Source of the DNA: an uncultured virus (IMG/VR IMGVR_UViG_3300025769_000084)
Taxonomy: Duplodnaviria > Heunggongvirae > Uroviricota > Caudoviricetes
Strand: one strand, 5' to 3'
Virus record (IMG/VR): IMGVR_UViG_3300025769_000084
DNA: 64,000 nt
Positions 26,884-36,819 of this stretch are shown here, piece after piece (position 1 is the first letter of the stretch; every line of letters starts with the position of its first letter). The position numbers were made by a program, and so were the translations under genes. Below the pieces are notes generated by a model. It was not told the origin of the DNA and did no database searches. It was given only the letters and a program-made list of their open reading frames with translations.

Positions 26884-29520
26884 GTGACGACACCAGCTCC
26901 TGAACCGAATCGACCGCACCTCCACATCGCCCCCGGCGAGGTCAATTTCGACTTTATTCCGCAAGATTGGGCGCTTACTCCTCTGCGTGGTAAGCGTGCA
27001 TATGTACCAGGCTGGTCGTCTACTCCCTTCTCTTTAGAGCAAATCGAAAGAGAATTCGAAGAGGGAAGGGCGACTGGAATCGGCCTGATGTCCGGCCAAT
27101 GGTCTAACGAAGGTGGCTTGATTTGGGTTGATATTGATGGTCCTGAAGCCATACCAGTTCTTGAAGCACTTGCTGGTGGGCCGCTCGACGCTATCTTTCC
27201 TTCAACACTAACAATCTCCTCCGGTAGAGAAGGTCGTCAGCGGATGCTTTATAGCGTCCCGTCATCAAAAATCTCTCTTCTCCCTGACAAGTCCACGATC
27301 AAGATTGGGGTACCTACCTTTGAAATCCTGTTTCGTGGTCGTCAAGGGGCGATCATGGGTTCGCACCCTGATACTGAGGGTTATTTCACCACAACGCATG
27401 GTGGATTTGAGCACGCCAAAAACCCCCCTGAGCTGCCTGAGTGGCTTTACGAAGAGATCCAAAGGGCATTCCCTACTAACAAGTATCGGAAGCCTGTTAC
27501 AAACGGTCTGATCACTCAGCACATCAACATTGCTTACGAGGAGGGATCGGTATATCAGCAAGAGGAGACGATCGCTGAAGCGAAGATCTACCTCGACCAC
27601 TTATCTGTCGACCGCTGCGCTGACTACGAAGAGTGGCTGAAGGTTGGCATGTGTCTCCACCAAGTTGATGACACTCTTCTGCCTGACTGGATCGAATGGT
27701 CTCAAAAAGCTGACAACTTTGAAGAGGGTGCCTGTGAAGCTAAGTGGCGGTCCTTCAAAAGACTTGATGGCGGACCCTCGCCTGAAGGTGCCTGTGGGTT
27801 ACATCAACTTAGGTATAAGGCGAAGGAAGATGGATATATCGAACTTGGCAACTATGTCGTTGAGTCCCCTGAGACTCTCGTCAAGAAAGCTCAAGAATAC
27901 TTTGCCGATAGACAAGACACTATGAGTGAGGAGCAGACAGCTGAATCAGTGTTTGAAAGCATCCTGGGACTCCCAGATCAAGGGATTCGTGATGAAATCA
28001 ACGAGCGCAAGAAGCGGGAACGTAGACCCAAAAACCCCCCTAACAATGAACTTGCGGAGTTCGCTACCGAAATGGTCATCCAGTGTGGATGGCGTTACGA
28101 TCCGCGCTTCGAAGTTTTCATGTTTTACCAAAGATCCAAAGGGGTCTGGCGTCGAGAAGAATACAAGCATGAGTACAAGCACTTCATCCAAGATCTCTTC
28201 CTGCGTGAGCGAATCCCTCTTCCTGCAGGCTTCAACAACACCCTGATTAATGATGTGGTGAGCCTGACCCAGGCATACATCACTCACACCTACTGGGATG
28301 ACGACGACGATCGACTGGCCTTTACCAACGGTGTACTCGAGCTCTCGACTGGTGAGTTCCTTGAGCACAGCCCCGAGCATTACATCACCTGGGGACTTGA
28401 TTTTGACTACGATCCGCACGCCGATCCCGGCCCAATCATCGAGTGGCTACTCAGGACTCAGTATGGAGACACTGACCGCGTGCAAGTCTTGCGGGCTTGG
28501 CTGAAAGCCTGTCTGGTTGGCCAAGGTCACGAAATCCAGCGTTTTATGGAGGTCATCGGCCCTGGTGGTCGAGGCAAGTCCACCTTCGCAAACCTTTGCT
28601 GTGCCCTGGTTGGTGCTCGAAACTACGCCAGTACCACGCTCAACCAACTGGAGCAATCCCGCTTCGAGGTCGCCTCAATCAAAGGCAAACGTCTAACACT
28701 GATCAACGACTCCGAGCGTTACGGCGGCTCAGCGCAGATTTTTAAGGCACTGACTGGTGGCGACAACCTTCGCTTCGAGGAGAAAAACAAGAACGTTGGT
28801 GAGCCCTTCGTCTACACCGGCATGGTCATGGTCTGTGCGAACGAACCGATCCAGACTACTGACAACACTTCAGGACTAACTCGCCGTCGTCTGACCATCG
28901 AATTCAACCGACCTCTGTACAACAAAAACTCAGAGGCGAAAGAGATGATCAAGGTCGACAACGGAGTCATAAAGGGACTATGGAAGCATTGTTTACCCGG
29001 GTTAGTGAACTGGGTGCTGCAGATGACCGATGCTGAAATGCGTCAGTACCTGCTCGACACCTATGAAATGGTGCCCTCCCTGAAGCGCGTCCGTAACGAG
29101 ATCATGCTCAACAGCAATAACCTTGTTGAGTGGCTCCAGTCGGAAGTCGTGTTCGATGAGAAAGCCGTAACCCCGGTTGGCAAGAAAATTCCAGCTGCAA
29201 AAGATGCACAGGAGCGGTACTGCAACAGTAACTTTCACCTATACGCGAGTTACGCATCCTATTGTGAGGATACGGGGTCGAAACCTGTCGGTCAAAAGCG
29301 TTTCATCGCACTTCTACTTGACTGCACAAAGAATCAGCTCGGTACTGACTCTGTAACTGGTTTCACAAGGCTTGGAAAGCCCTACCTCAAAGGTATTGCT
29401 TTACGGAACTCTGACCAAAAATTCAAGAGTGTCCCGACCATTCTTCCCGAAAACCGCCATCAGGAGGCAAATGGACAAGTTTCAGAAAGAGAATTGGGAG
29501 AAGATCGCAAGGCATCTTGA
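26884..29520 (+). CDS. primase-helicase (Prim-Pol, PriCT-2, D5-type SF3 helicase)
   Basis: VDID, YEEWLKVGMCLH...W..WS, AFTNGVL, Walker A GPGGRGKST, KALTGGD, RRR. Confidence 0.93.
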   Translation: MTTPAPEPNRPHLHIAPGEVNFDFIPQDWALTPLRGKRAYVPGWSSTPFSLEQIEREFEEGRATGIGLMSGQWSNEGGLIWVDIDGPEAIPVLEALAGGPLDAIFPSTLTISSGREGRQRMLYSVPSSKISLLPDKSTIKIGVPTFEILFRGRQGAIMGSHPDTEGYFTTTHGGFEHAKNPPELPEWLYEEIQRAFPTNKYRKPVTNGLITQHINIAYEEGSVYQQEETIAEAKIYLDHLSVDRCADYEEWLKVGMCLHQVDDTLLPDWIEWSQKADNFEEGACEAKWRSFKRLDGGPSPEGACGLHQLRYKAKEDGYIELGNYVVESPETLVKKAQEYFADRQDTMSEEQTAESVFESILGLPDQGIRDEINERKKRERRPKNPPNNELAEFATEMVIQCGWRYDPRFEVFMFYQRSKGVWRREEYKHEYKHFIQDLFLRERIPLPAGFNNTLINDVVSLTQAYITHTYWDDDDDRLAFTNGVLELSTGEFLEHSPEHYITWGLDFDYDPHADPGPIIEWLLRTQYGDTDRVQVLRAWLKACLVGQGHEIQRFMEVIGPGGRGKSTFANLCCALVGARNYASTTLNQLEQSRFEVASIKGKRLTLINDSERYGGSAQIFKALTGGDNLRFEEKNKNVGEPFVYTGMVMVCANEPIQTTDNTSGLTRRRLTIEFNRPLYNKNSEAKEMIKVDNGVIKGLWKHCLPGLVNWVLQMTDAEMRQYLLDTYEMVPSLKRVRNEIMLNSNNLVEWLQSEVVFDEKAVTPVGKKIPAAKDAQERYCNSNFHLYASYASYCEDTGSKPVGQKRFIALLLDCTKNQLGTDSVTGFTRLGKPYLKGIALRNSDQKFKSVPTILPENRHQEANGQVSERELGEDRKAS

Positions 29521-29635
29521 GAAAGTAGGCGCTACAGACAACGACTACTACATCAGAGCCAAAGCGATCACTGAGGGCAAAAAAGACCCAATCCAATTGC
29601 TAGCACCTCTTACTGAGCTTGAGCCGCCTGAGTAA
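29471..29635 (+). CDS. small hypothetical protein
   Basis: MDKFQKENWEKI...GATDNDYYIRA; GGAGG RBS. Confidence 0.65.
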   Translation: MDKFQKENWEKIARHLEKVGATDNDYYIRAKAITEGKKDPIQLLAPLTELEPPE

Positions 29636-29832
29636 TGGGCTTCGAAAAGCACGAGGTCACTATGAAATTCAACGGTCGAGCAGTGAAGCTACTGCTTGAT
29701 CTGTTGATTGATGCCCATAAAGAGTGGTCCGGTGGCCACCCAATGGAACAAGAAGATCTTCGCATCCTCAAGAACGGTTTCTTCCGTGCCTACATGGATT
29801 GCATCTTTACCATGGAGAAAGATGATAAATGA
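29635..29832 (+). CDS. hypothetical protein
   Basis: 65 aa; W.GGHP.EQE.L motif; TAATG coupling. Confidence 0.6.
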   Translation: MGFEKHEVTMKFNGRAVKLLLDLLIDAHKEWSGGHPMEQEDLRILKNGFFRAYMDCIFTMEKDDK

Positions 29833-30011
29833 GCTGGCATCCTCACGACGACGAGAAAGATCCGACAGCCAACGACTGTAACTACAACTTTCCTCAGGTC
29901 CTCTTCGCTTTCATACTCGGTTTCACCTGCATGTTTGTCCTTGCGGTCGACGAGATACAGGATTTTAAGGGATGCCCGCTAAACGAGAAGCCCCTTAAAT
30001 GGCGAGACTAA
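29829..30011 (+). CDS. small membrane protein
   Basis: one hydrophobic segment; ATGA overlap. Confidence 0.5.
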   Translation: MSWHPHDDEKDPTANDCNYNFPQVLFAFILGFTCMFVLAVDEIQDFKGCPLNEKPLKWRD

Positions 30012-30274
30012 GCTCTAGGAAGAGGGATAAAAGGAATATCTTCTTCAGGACTTTTTTCACCTGGTAAGACCGGTTTACGGTAATAGCTCTTACCAGCGGG
30101 GATCTCAAAGCTCGGCGACCCTGCAATCATCTGCTGCATGAGAGGCCCCCCACGCTCCTGTGCATACTGGTTTTGGAGTCTGAAATCTGGAATACCAGTT
30201 CCAGCTTGTTGGTAGTCCTGCATACCTTTCACATAGGTCTGCAAGAAACCCTTCACCGGGAAATCGTTGTCCAT
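30008..30274 (-). CDS. low-complexity protein with FLxxY motif
   Basis: MDNDFPVKGFLQTYV...MIAGSP. Confidence 0.6.
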   Translation of the reverse strand: MDNDFPVKGFLQTYVKGMQDYQQAGTGIPDFRLQNQYAQERGGPLMQQMIAGSPSFEIPAGKSYYRKPVLPGEKSPEEDIPFIPLPRA

Positions 30275-30276
30275 AA

Positions 30277-30678
30277 TCAAAGTCCTAATTGCCTCATCAT
30301 TTCAGCTTCACGCTGCCTGCGGCGCAGAATTGCGTTCCCGACGCCTAGACCAGTGTCAGGCTCTTCCATCAGCTCACCCTCACGAGCTTTTTCACCTTGC
30401 TCTACAGCCTGACCGCCGAAAAACTTGAATGGATTGAAGGCTGTCTCACCCTGCTTCATGCCACCCTTTTGCAAGTAGCTGGCCAAGAAATCCTTGCCAG
30501 GCTCCTGTGATACCGCGTTCATGGGGTTGGTTTTAGCCGCTGCCATCATCATTGCTTCACGGTAGGGTTCGGATACTTTATCGCCCTGATTTTGGGCACT
30601 GCCAGGCATGGCACGCTGGCGAGCTTCGGGATCTAAAAGAAGATCGCTGTCATCAAATCCTGAGGGGTTGTACATCAT
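30277..30678 (-). CDS. low-complexity protein with FLxxY motif
   Basis: 133 aa; KDFLASYL; AGGAGG RBS. Confidence 0.65.
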   Translation of the reverse strand: MMYNPSGFDDSDLLLDPEARQRAMPGSAQNQGDKVSEPYREAMMMAAAKTNPMNAVSQEPGKDFLASYLQKGGMKQGETAFNPFKFFGGQAVEQGEKAREGELMEEPDTGLGVGNAILRRRQREAEMMRQLGL

Positions 30679-31313
30679 TGAAATCCTCCTTGAATAAATT
30701 TGATGCGCTCCATGGGAGACATCTCGACAGTGGCTTCTTCCTCGAGGGGAACCGCTTTGCCTCCGACGGTGGCCATACCTTTGGCTTCACGCTTTTGAAG
30801 CAAGCGAAGAGCCAGGTCAGGATTTGCTTCAGCCCATTTACCCATCGGCGTATCACCGCCAAAGGCTGCAGATAAACCTTCTTTCTCCGCAGCGCCGACT
30901 GCTTTCTGCGCCGAGTAGTAATCCTTCAGAGACTGAGGGGTAGTTCCGGGAGCTTTTTTCTCGAAGGCCAACTCTCTCAATTTATCAGTGACCTCTAAAG
31001 GTTGAGATGTTTCAGGTGCAGGATCAGGTGCAGGATCAGGTGTAAGAGAAGTATCCTCAAAAGCAGTTTTTAAATCTGCACTCGCTCGATCGACATAAGT
31101 TTGAAAGCCCTCACTCAGTCCAAACTCAGGCAAAAACGGAATTTTGGAGCCACGCTCCATCGCCTTTACTCGTGCATCGACGACATCTTGATTGTACGTT
31201 ACAGGCCCTGCTAAAAAATTCAGAAATGCACTGATTCGATCTTGTACTGGCGACTTCTGATTAGTGCCCCGCAAGCGTTGCTGCCTGCGTCGATTATCTG
31301 CGTAAGTGCTCAC
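30675..31313 (-). CDS. low-complexity protein (possible internal virion protein)
   Basis: 212 aa; PDPAPDPAP linker; WAEANPDLA. Confidence 0.65.
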   Translation of the reverse strand: MSTYADNRRRQQRLRGTNQKSPVQDRISAFLNFLAGPVTYNQDVVDARVKAMERGSKIPFLPEFGLSEGFQTYVDRASADLKTAFEDTSLTPDPAPDPAPETSQPLEVTDKLRELAFEKKAPGTTPQSLKDYYSAQKAVGAAEKEGLSAAFGGDTPMGKWAEANPDLALRLLQKREAKGMATVGGKAVPLEEEATVEMSPMERIKFIQGGFQ

Positions 31314-31667
31314 TTATAGAAAATAATCCTTTCTACAATAGTAACACTCACTAGCAGATCGATGGAACACATTAAAACTTTCCCAAAAGGTTCGACTGTT
31401 GTGTTACTCCACCGTGGCTTCAATCGTAAGGAATATAGAACATGCTCTCCCGGAGGCGGTTTGTGTACTTATAACGCTTGTCTTGAACGAGCAATTAACT
31501 TTGCTCAAGTATATGAGGACTATTACAACCATAAGCCCCTTTAAAGGCCCGATAAAGATGTAATTTTTTAGAGGGGGGACTCCAGCATAGCTGCTTCTCT
31601 GCCGGCCAAAACCACTGCGGCGCAATGCTTCTGGTGGTTGGCCTTCCAAAAACAATTTCAAGACCGG

Positions 31668-31767
31668 CTTTTTACTTAGACGTATAGGACGGGGGTCTAG
31701 GTGATTGTGAGATAAAAAATGAACGCACAATGTCCTAGGCCCCTCTTCTATAGAAAGAAGTAAAAAG
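31668..31767. repeat. ~100-bp imperfect inverted repeat
   Basis: nested arms CTTTTTACTT/AAGTAAAAAG, TATAGGA/TTCTATA, GGGGTCTAGG/CCTAGGCCCC, ATTGTG/CACAAT. Confidence 0.85.
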
Positions 31768-31807
31768 GGCATCCTGAAATCATGTTTGGTGGGCCAAAGA
31801 AGAACCG

Positions 31808-31836
31808 TTGACACGGCTGGGTTCTCTCGGTACCGT
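31808..31836 (+). promoter_or_regulatory. sigma70-type promoter
   Basis: TTGACA-17 nt-TACCGT, ending 26 nt before ATG 31862. Confidence 0.55.
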
Positions 31837-31861
31837 GCGGCTCTACGGCGGAATCCCCCTA

Positions 31862-33004
31862 ATGAAAACCCTGGAATTCTTCCTCGACAAGGGTTTGATC
31901 GCTCCTGACGTGGTGGTGTTCGCCAAGGCCTTTCAGGTTCTTATGAAAATGAAGGGCAAAACCTCTTGCTGGGACCTGAACCAATCGCGGCACAGCATCT
32001 TCTCGGGGTTCGTCAACAGCAAACGAAACCACCTTTACTACAAAACTCTGGACGCCAGGCCCCTGTTGTTGGCAATGATTGGTCAGTTTCCTGATGAGAA
32101 GAATAATGTGATCGTCAGAAGGCACACTTGTGCTTGCAAGTACTGCCTGAATCCATCGCATTACTACTACGGAACGATGGCCGATGTACGTCTCGAAACG
32201 AATCAAAGGAAGGGCGATGCCTTAACTCCCGAACTTCTTGCTGAGATCAGATCAGTAGATAAACACCTTTCAAATAAAGAAGTTGCCCGCGCTTTTAATC
32301 TTTCATACCAAAGGGTAAGAAAAATCCGTAGGTCTTACACCTTTGACGGGATGCAGGAAGCACAGAACAGCACTAACCTCGGTGAGGGTTGGAGCGTCTT
32401 CAATACCGTTCTCCAAACGGTCGCTTCCAATCACCCTGAAGAGGTTCGCCGCTACGAGCTTGACTTCCACATGGCTAACGAAAAGGAATGCCCCTGGCAT
32501 CGAAACGGAACAACTGAGCACAAAGGTCGTTTCGGCCACATGGGAGAGTGTCTGGACTGCCTAGAAGAGCTCAAGCAGGGCAAATGCACCGTAGACGTCA
32601 CCCAGTTCGACTATCGCTGGTACTGGACCGTTAAGCGTTTCTGGGACCAAGTTGACATACGTGGTGAGGACGAGTGTTGGCCGTGGTTAGGAGCCACAAA
32701 AAAGGGTGGGACAGAGTCAGTCGCTTACTGCCCATCTCCGGTCCACTCTGGAGCTACACAATCTGCAATGCGTGTTGCCTTCTGGTTGAGCCGGGGATTT
32801 GTAGGTAAGTACAGGATTCACACAAGAAAGACTTGCGAAAAATTTTGCTGTAATCCACTGCATCTAGAAGCTCGTGGACTTGACGATGTTCCTATCCCTT
32901 CTAAAATTGAGGACATTCAGCTGAATTATGTCAACATCTTCGAGCACTTCAAAAAAGCCAACGACCAAGTCGGCGGAGATAGTTCCGAGTCACTATCACC
33001 TTGA
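31862..33004 (+). CDS. tandem degenerate HNH/zinc-loop protein with central HTH
   Basis: HTCACKYCLNPSH and KTCEKFCCNPLHL; NKEVARAFNLSYQRVRKI. Confidence 0.75.
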   Translation: MKTLEFFLDKGLIAPDVVVFAKAFQVLMKMKGKTSCWDLNQSRHSIFSGFVNSKRNHLYYKTLDARPLLLAMIGQFPDEKNNVIVRRHTCACKYCLNPSHYYYGTMADVRLETNQRKGDALTPELLAEIRSVDKHLSNKEVARAFNLSYQRVRKIRRSYTFDGMQEAQNSTNLGEGWSVFNTVLQTVASNHPEEVRRYELDFHMANEKECPWHRNGTTEHKGRFGHMGECLDCLEELKQGKCTVDVTQFDYRWYWTVKRFWDQVDIRGEDECWPWLGATKKGGTESVAYCPSPVHSGATQSAMRVAFWLSRGFVGKYRIHTRKTCEKFCCNPLHLEARGLDDVPIPSKIEDIQLNYVNIFEHFKKANDQVGGDSSESLSP

Positions 33005-33281
33005 TCCTTCAACGCGCAAATGGTGCGCTTGTGTAAAAATTGGGGGCGATGTTTATTGGGGTGTTGAGTGGCAGGAAGATTTCGGGGAAGCTGACTCTGA
33101 TCTTCGCTGCATGATCAACAACCTTAATTACGAACTGATCGACACAATGGCTGACGAAGGGTTCTATCCTGAGCGGGCTATAATGAATGAAGAAAAATAT
33201 CAACAATCTGGAAGAACCAACGGTCTCTTCAACGGATTAATGAACGAAAATGTCGAGATTCCTGACGACAATCCCGAGTAA
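32928..33281 (+). CDS. hypothetical protein
   Basis: 117 aa; SGRTNGLF motif. Confidence 0.6.
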   Translation: MSTSSSTSKKPTTKSAEIVPSHYHLDPSTRKWCACVKIGGDVYWGVEWQEDFGEADSDLRCMINNLNYELIDTMADEGFYPERAIMNEEKYQQSGRTNGLFNGLMNENVEIPDDNPE

Positions 33282-33915
33282 TTCCGGCTTTGTAAATTTT
33301 GGAACTGTTCAGTCTTATCCCACTGGAGGTACAGGGCCAACAGCTTACGGCCCTACCTCATACTTTGGTTCTGATCCACGCCCTGCGGAGCCTGGAGACA
33401 GCCTTCATACTGCTATTGATCTGGGCGATTTCTCTTCTCCATTTCGTTCGCTCACATTAAACAATTCTCATGGCGGTCTGTCTCGCAAACAAACCACTTT
33501 TTATAAAATAAAAATCAATCGGCCTAGATCCATACAGTTTACTCAAGGCTTCAGTCAGTTCAGTTACGAAAATAAAACAAACCGCAATACACTGATTGCT
33601 TTTTACAAGCTGGAGGATGATGGTAGGCGAACAGAACTACCAATTAATGACGAGGGCTATGCATCGCCCGTCAGTTCGATTGATTATAATGAAGAGAATC
33701 TATCTATCAAAGACTATCCAACAACAGTTTTAGAAAAAGGCGAATACCTGTTTCTAATCACTAATGACATTAGATATCTCGAAACGAATTACTTAATAAC
33801 CGTCAATGTCAATGTTATTGACTGGCGTTTCGTAGACGAAACAGTCTTTGATAGCCTTAATTTTGGGTTAGTAACAGAAGGAACAGCTGATTCCCTTGAT
33901 TTCGGATCTGTTTAG
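33250..33915 (+). CDS. beta-sandwich protein, possibly virion-associated
   Basis: 221 aa; AIDLG...FYKI...GEYLFLI PPC-like pattern. Confidence 0.6.
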   Translation: MSRFLTTIPSNSGFVNFGTVQSYPTGGTGPTAYGPTSYFGSDPRPAEPGDSLHTAIDLGDFSSPFRSLTLNNSHGGLSRKQTTFYKIKINRPRSIQFTQGFSQFSYENKTNRNTLIAFYKLEDDGRRTELPINDEGYASPVSSIDYNEENLSIKDYPTTVLEKGEYLFLITNDIRYLETNYLITVNVNVIDWRFVDETVFDSLNFGLVTEGTADSLDFGSV

Positions 33916-34463
33916 GCCTTCTCTCCTTTGAGCTCACCTAAGTGCTTGAGAGCATAAGTTTCATCCTTAACTTTTGCCCATTCAGGGTCAAACTTTTCGG
34001 GGTCCACAAACGAAGGATCTTGAGTGCCTTTAGCTTTCTGCGCTTTAGCAACATCAAACGCCTTCTGCATCACATCAAATCTCTGTTTTGCTGCATCTGC
34101 CGCGAAATTTTTCGGTGCAGCCGTTCCAGTACCGGATGGTTTAGTGAAGGTAGGACGTTCCTGCTGGTCCATAAAGACAGGCATGAAACCCCTTTCCTGA
34201 CGAGAAGCCGGCTGTACAGATGCCAAATATGCAGCCGACTCCTGCAGATTACGAGCTGCTGAGCGCTCCGCCATAGAAGCAGAATCGAGCCCTTCTAATT
34301 TCCTTGCTTCTTGAAATCCTTTGATCTGCTCATCCAAACGCTTTCCTGCCGCAGCCAAATCCTGGTAAGAACGCTGGGGATTATTCTGTACAAAAAGATC
34401 GTCTGCCGTATTAGCCGGCATCGTGATTACTGGTGCAGGCATTGGCGCGGGCTTACTACCCAT
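33912..34463 (-). CDS. low-complexity hypothetical protein
   Basis: 183 aa, Ala/Pro-rich; TAGAAT upstream. Confidence 0.65.
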   Translation of the reverse strand: MGSKPAPMPAPVITMPANTADDLFVQNNPQRSYQDLAAAGKRLDEQIKGFQEARKLEGLDSASMAERSAARNLQESAAYLASVQPASRQERGFMPVFMDQQERPTFTKPSGTGTAAPKNFAADAAKQRFDVMQKAFDVAKAQKAKGTQDPSFVDPEKFDPEWAKVKDETYALKHLGELKGEKA

Positions 34464-34916
34464 TGTTTTATTTCAACTTAATTTCTATACTGATTCTATC
34501 TGTCACAAACCCGTACAAATGTTGGGCACCATAGAACCCGACGGGGGCAAGAATCAGGACGAGCAGCAACTCTGCATAGGTGATAGAACGGCGCATGGTA
34601 AAAAATACCCTTATATTGAAGAGTTTAGCGAACTGATCCAAGATCTGTCCATGCGTGAGCTGGAGGATCTAATGACAAATCAACAGAAAGCACTGGCCAA
34701 AGCAATTTGGGAGGCTGAAAATTACGGTGGCTGCATCGAGAAAGCAAAAAAACGTCTATCAGAAACACATGGACCTCAGTGGTTTAAAACGGTTCGTTTC
34801 AAAGACCATTTTGCTTTGATCAGGGAATACTACGAGTTGGTTTTAATTCTGGATCATCAAAGACAATGGGACGGGTATAAAAAAGTCGCTAAGCTTAATC
34901 AAGAAAATGGCCTCTC

Positions 34917-35513
34917 ATGAATTCCGTTCCTGATGAGGATTGGCTAGACGTCTTAGATAGAACGGATTTCGAGCCTGATTCCTCCTCGAGTAATTCATAT
35001 CAAAGCTACCGGTTTGTAGATCTCGACATCGCTTCAGTGACGATCGAGAACTATAAAGAGCTTCTGGTGACGTCTCTGGCAGAACAGGTCGAGATGTTCA
35101 TACCCCCCTCAGGCAGCTTTGAGACACCCGACTTGCGTCGATACCTGGAGTTGGTCTGTGGCTACGAAACAAGCACGTCAGACCTTGTTCTTGGTCTATC
35201 TCTGGCAGATCAAATTCGCATCACCTTTAGTGATATGAAGATCAGTACGATCTGTGATCGATATCCCGACATCAACCTCGCTGAGAAAAGACGTTACCGG
35301 TGTGTGGCTGAATATCTGATTAGGCAGGGGGAACTGACCAAGCTACGTGACGAAAACGGTAAACTCATCAAAAAGATCGGCAACATGCAAAAGGCTGTTG
35401 TGTTGTATAAACCGCTCCCTAAGTTACTGGAAACCCTAAAGAAATCAGGATTAAGTCATTTTATAAAACTTACTGAAGAAAAAAAGCAAGAACAAGTTCC
35501 TAAGTCTTGCTAA
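34917..35513 (+). CDS. hypothetical protein
   Basis: 198-aa ORF behind GC-TAAGCT. Confidence 0.7.
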   Translation: MNSVPDEDWLDVLDRTDFEPDSSSSNSYQSYRFVDLDIASVTIENYKELLVTSLAEQVEMFIPPSGSFETPDLRRYLELVCGYETSTSDLVLGLSLADQIRITFSDMKISTICDRYPDINLAEKRRYRCVAEYLIRQGELTKLRDENGKLIKKIGNMQKAVVLYKPLPKLLETLKKSGLSHFIKLTEEKKQEQVPKSC

Positions 35514-35535
35514 TATTGAGCATCTGGAGAATCTT

Positions 35536-35934
35536 ATGTCGAGCCGCCGTAACAAACTTCTGAAGCGCCTAATGGCCAACACCACTGGCGAAACAGAAGA
35601 AAAATTGATGAAGCTTACGATCGAGCGAATTTGCGCCGACATGTGCGAGCACTATACAAAATTCTACACATTTGAAGGCCCTGGGGTCATGGTCTTTAAG
35701 CCCGGTGCCGACGAGAAAGATAGTATGTTCTATCTCTCGGTTGATGCTTTGATCACAGCTTTAGAGGACAACAAAGATCAAGAAAGTATTTCGGAGGTCC
35801 TCAGAGGAGCAATCCGTCGTGCTGAGCAGATCGACCCCATGAAAGAGTCACTGTTTCTAATTCAAGATGAGAATGAGCTTGCACTCGTTCATTACAAGAA
35901 CGAAGATATCAACAGTGAGTTCCTCATGATGTGA
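35536..35934 (+). CDS. hypothetical protein
   Basis: 132 aa; GGAG RBS. Confidence 0.7.
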   Translation: MSSRRNKLLKRLMANTTGETEEKLMKLTIERICADMCEHYTKFYTFEGPGVMVFKPGADEKDSMFYLSVDALITALEDNKDQESISEVLRGAIRRAEQIDPMKESLFLIQDENELALVHYKNEDINSEFLMM

Positions 35935-36554
35935 CGGGCAAGCGTAGCTGGAAACAACTTCGACACCTTGTCGGCAAAATCCACCATGTCAAAGACGATT
36001 GGTTAACTCCAATGGAGTACTTACCTCTCATTTATGACGTGTTGGGTGAGATTGATCTTGATCCGTGCTCCACACACGACGCGAATCAACAGTTCTTACA
36101 AGCCAAAAAAATATATACGCTCGGCGACGACGGCCTGAACATGGAAGAACCATGGAAGGGTAAGACTTATTTGTTCCCACCTACGTATGGCAGGTGTTCT
36201 TTTAGCAAAAAGCGAGGCACATGGCGGTGGAGTGCTCGAGGTGGTTCTCACGGCAGCACTCCGTCAGTGATATGGTTTCGACGTCTATTACGGGAATGGA
36301 AACTCAGGAACATACCTGAGGCGATTTTTTATACTGTGTACCCTGAAATGCTTCGGATATGCCCTGAAATGTGGGATTTTCCAGTCTGCTTTCCAAAAGA
36401 CAGGGCACGCCTTATACATGGTGGTAAATATTTCACCCAGAAACAACCGATGTACTGGGGATACTTTGTGTATTTACCGAAAATGGAATACGGTTTTAAC
36501 CAAACCGATCGCTTTGTCGAGGTGTTTTCAAAGCTAGGGCGAGTTATCACCTAG
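35931..36554 (+). CDS. phage Dam-like adenine methyltransferase fold with altered motif IV
   Basis: DDWLTP, IDLDPC, DDGL..W; FPPTY where NPPY is expected. Confidence 0.7.
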   Translation: MTGKRSWKQLRHLVGKIHHVKDDWLTPMEYLPLIYDVLGEIDLDPCSTHDANQQFLQAKKIYTLGDDGLNMEEPWKGKTYLFPPTYGRCSFSKKRGTWRWSARGGSHGSTPSVIWFRRLLREWKLRNIPEAIFYTVYPEMLRICPEMWDFPVCFPKDRARLIHGGKYFTQKQPMYWGYFVYLPKMEYGFNQTDRFVEVFSKLGRVIT

Positions 36555-36807
36555 CTCGGAAGCTGTTCCTAAACCCAATAGTGGCGCTAGGGAAAGACCC
36601 ACCGACGTTCACAATAAAACGACCCTCTTGAGCGCGTTCTGAGCTTAGGTTGGGTTCCTGTTGCGCCCTCTTTCTAGCCGTAAAACTGGCTAAGAAATTC
36701 TTTGCTGCCTCATTGTCAGTAGCCGAGATGGGCTGACCTGCTCTTTCGGTGTAAGTTCCTGCACGACGATTATCAATATCGTATGCTTGGCTTAGTTGGT
36801 CGTTCAT
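36547..36807 (-). CDS. low-complexity protein with FLxxF motif
   Basis: KNFLASF; TAGAAT 6 nt before the ATG. Confidence 0.6.
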   Translation of the reverse strand: MNDQLSQAYDIDNRRAGTYTERAGQPISATDNEAAKNFLASFTARKRAQQEPNLSSERAQEGRFIVNVGGSFPSATIGFRNSFRAR

Positions 36808-36819
36808 CAAACTATTCTA

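Noticed and set aside
31012..31042. 12-bp tandem repeat TCAGGTGCAGGA
   Set aside because: Encodes a PDPAPDPAP linker; trivial
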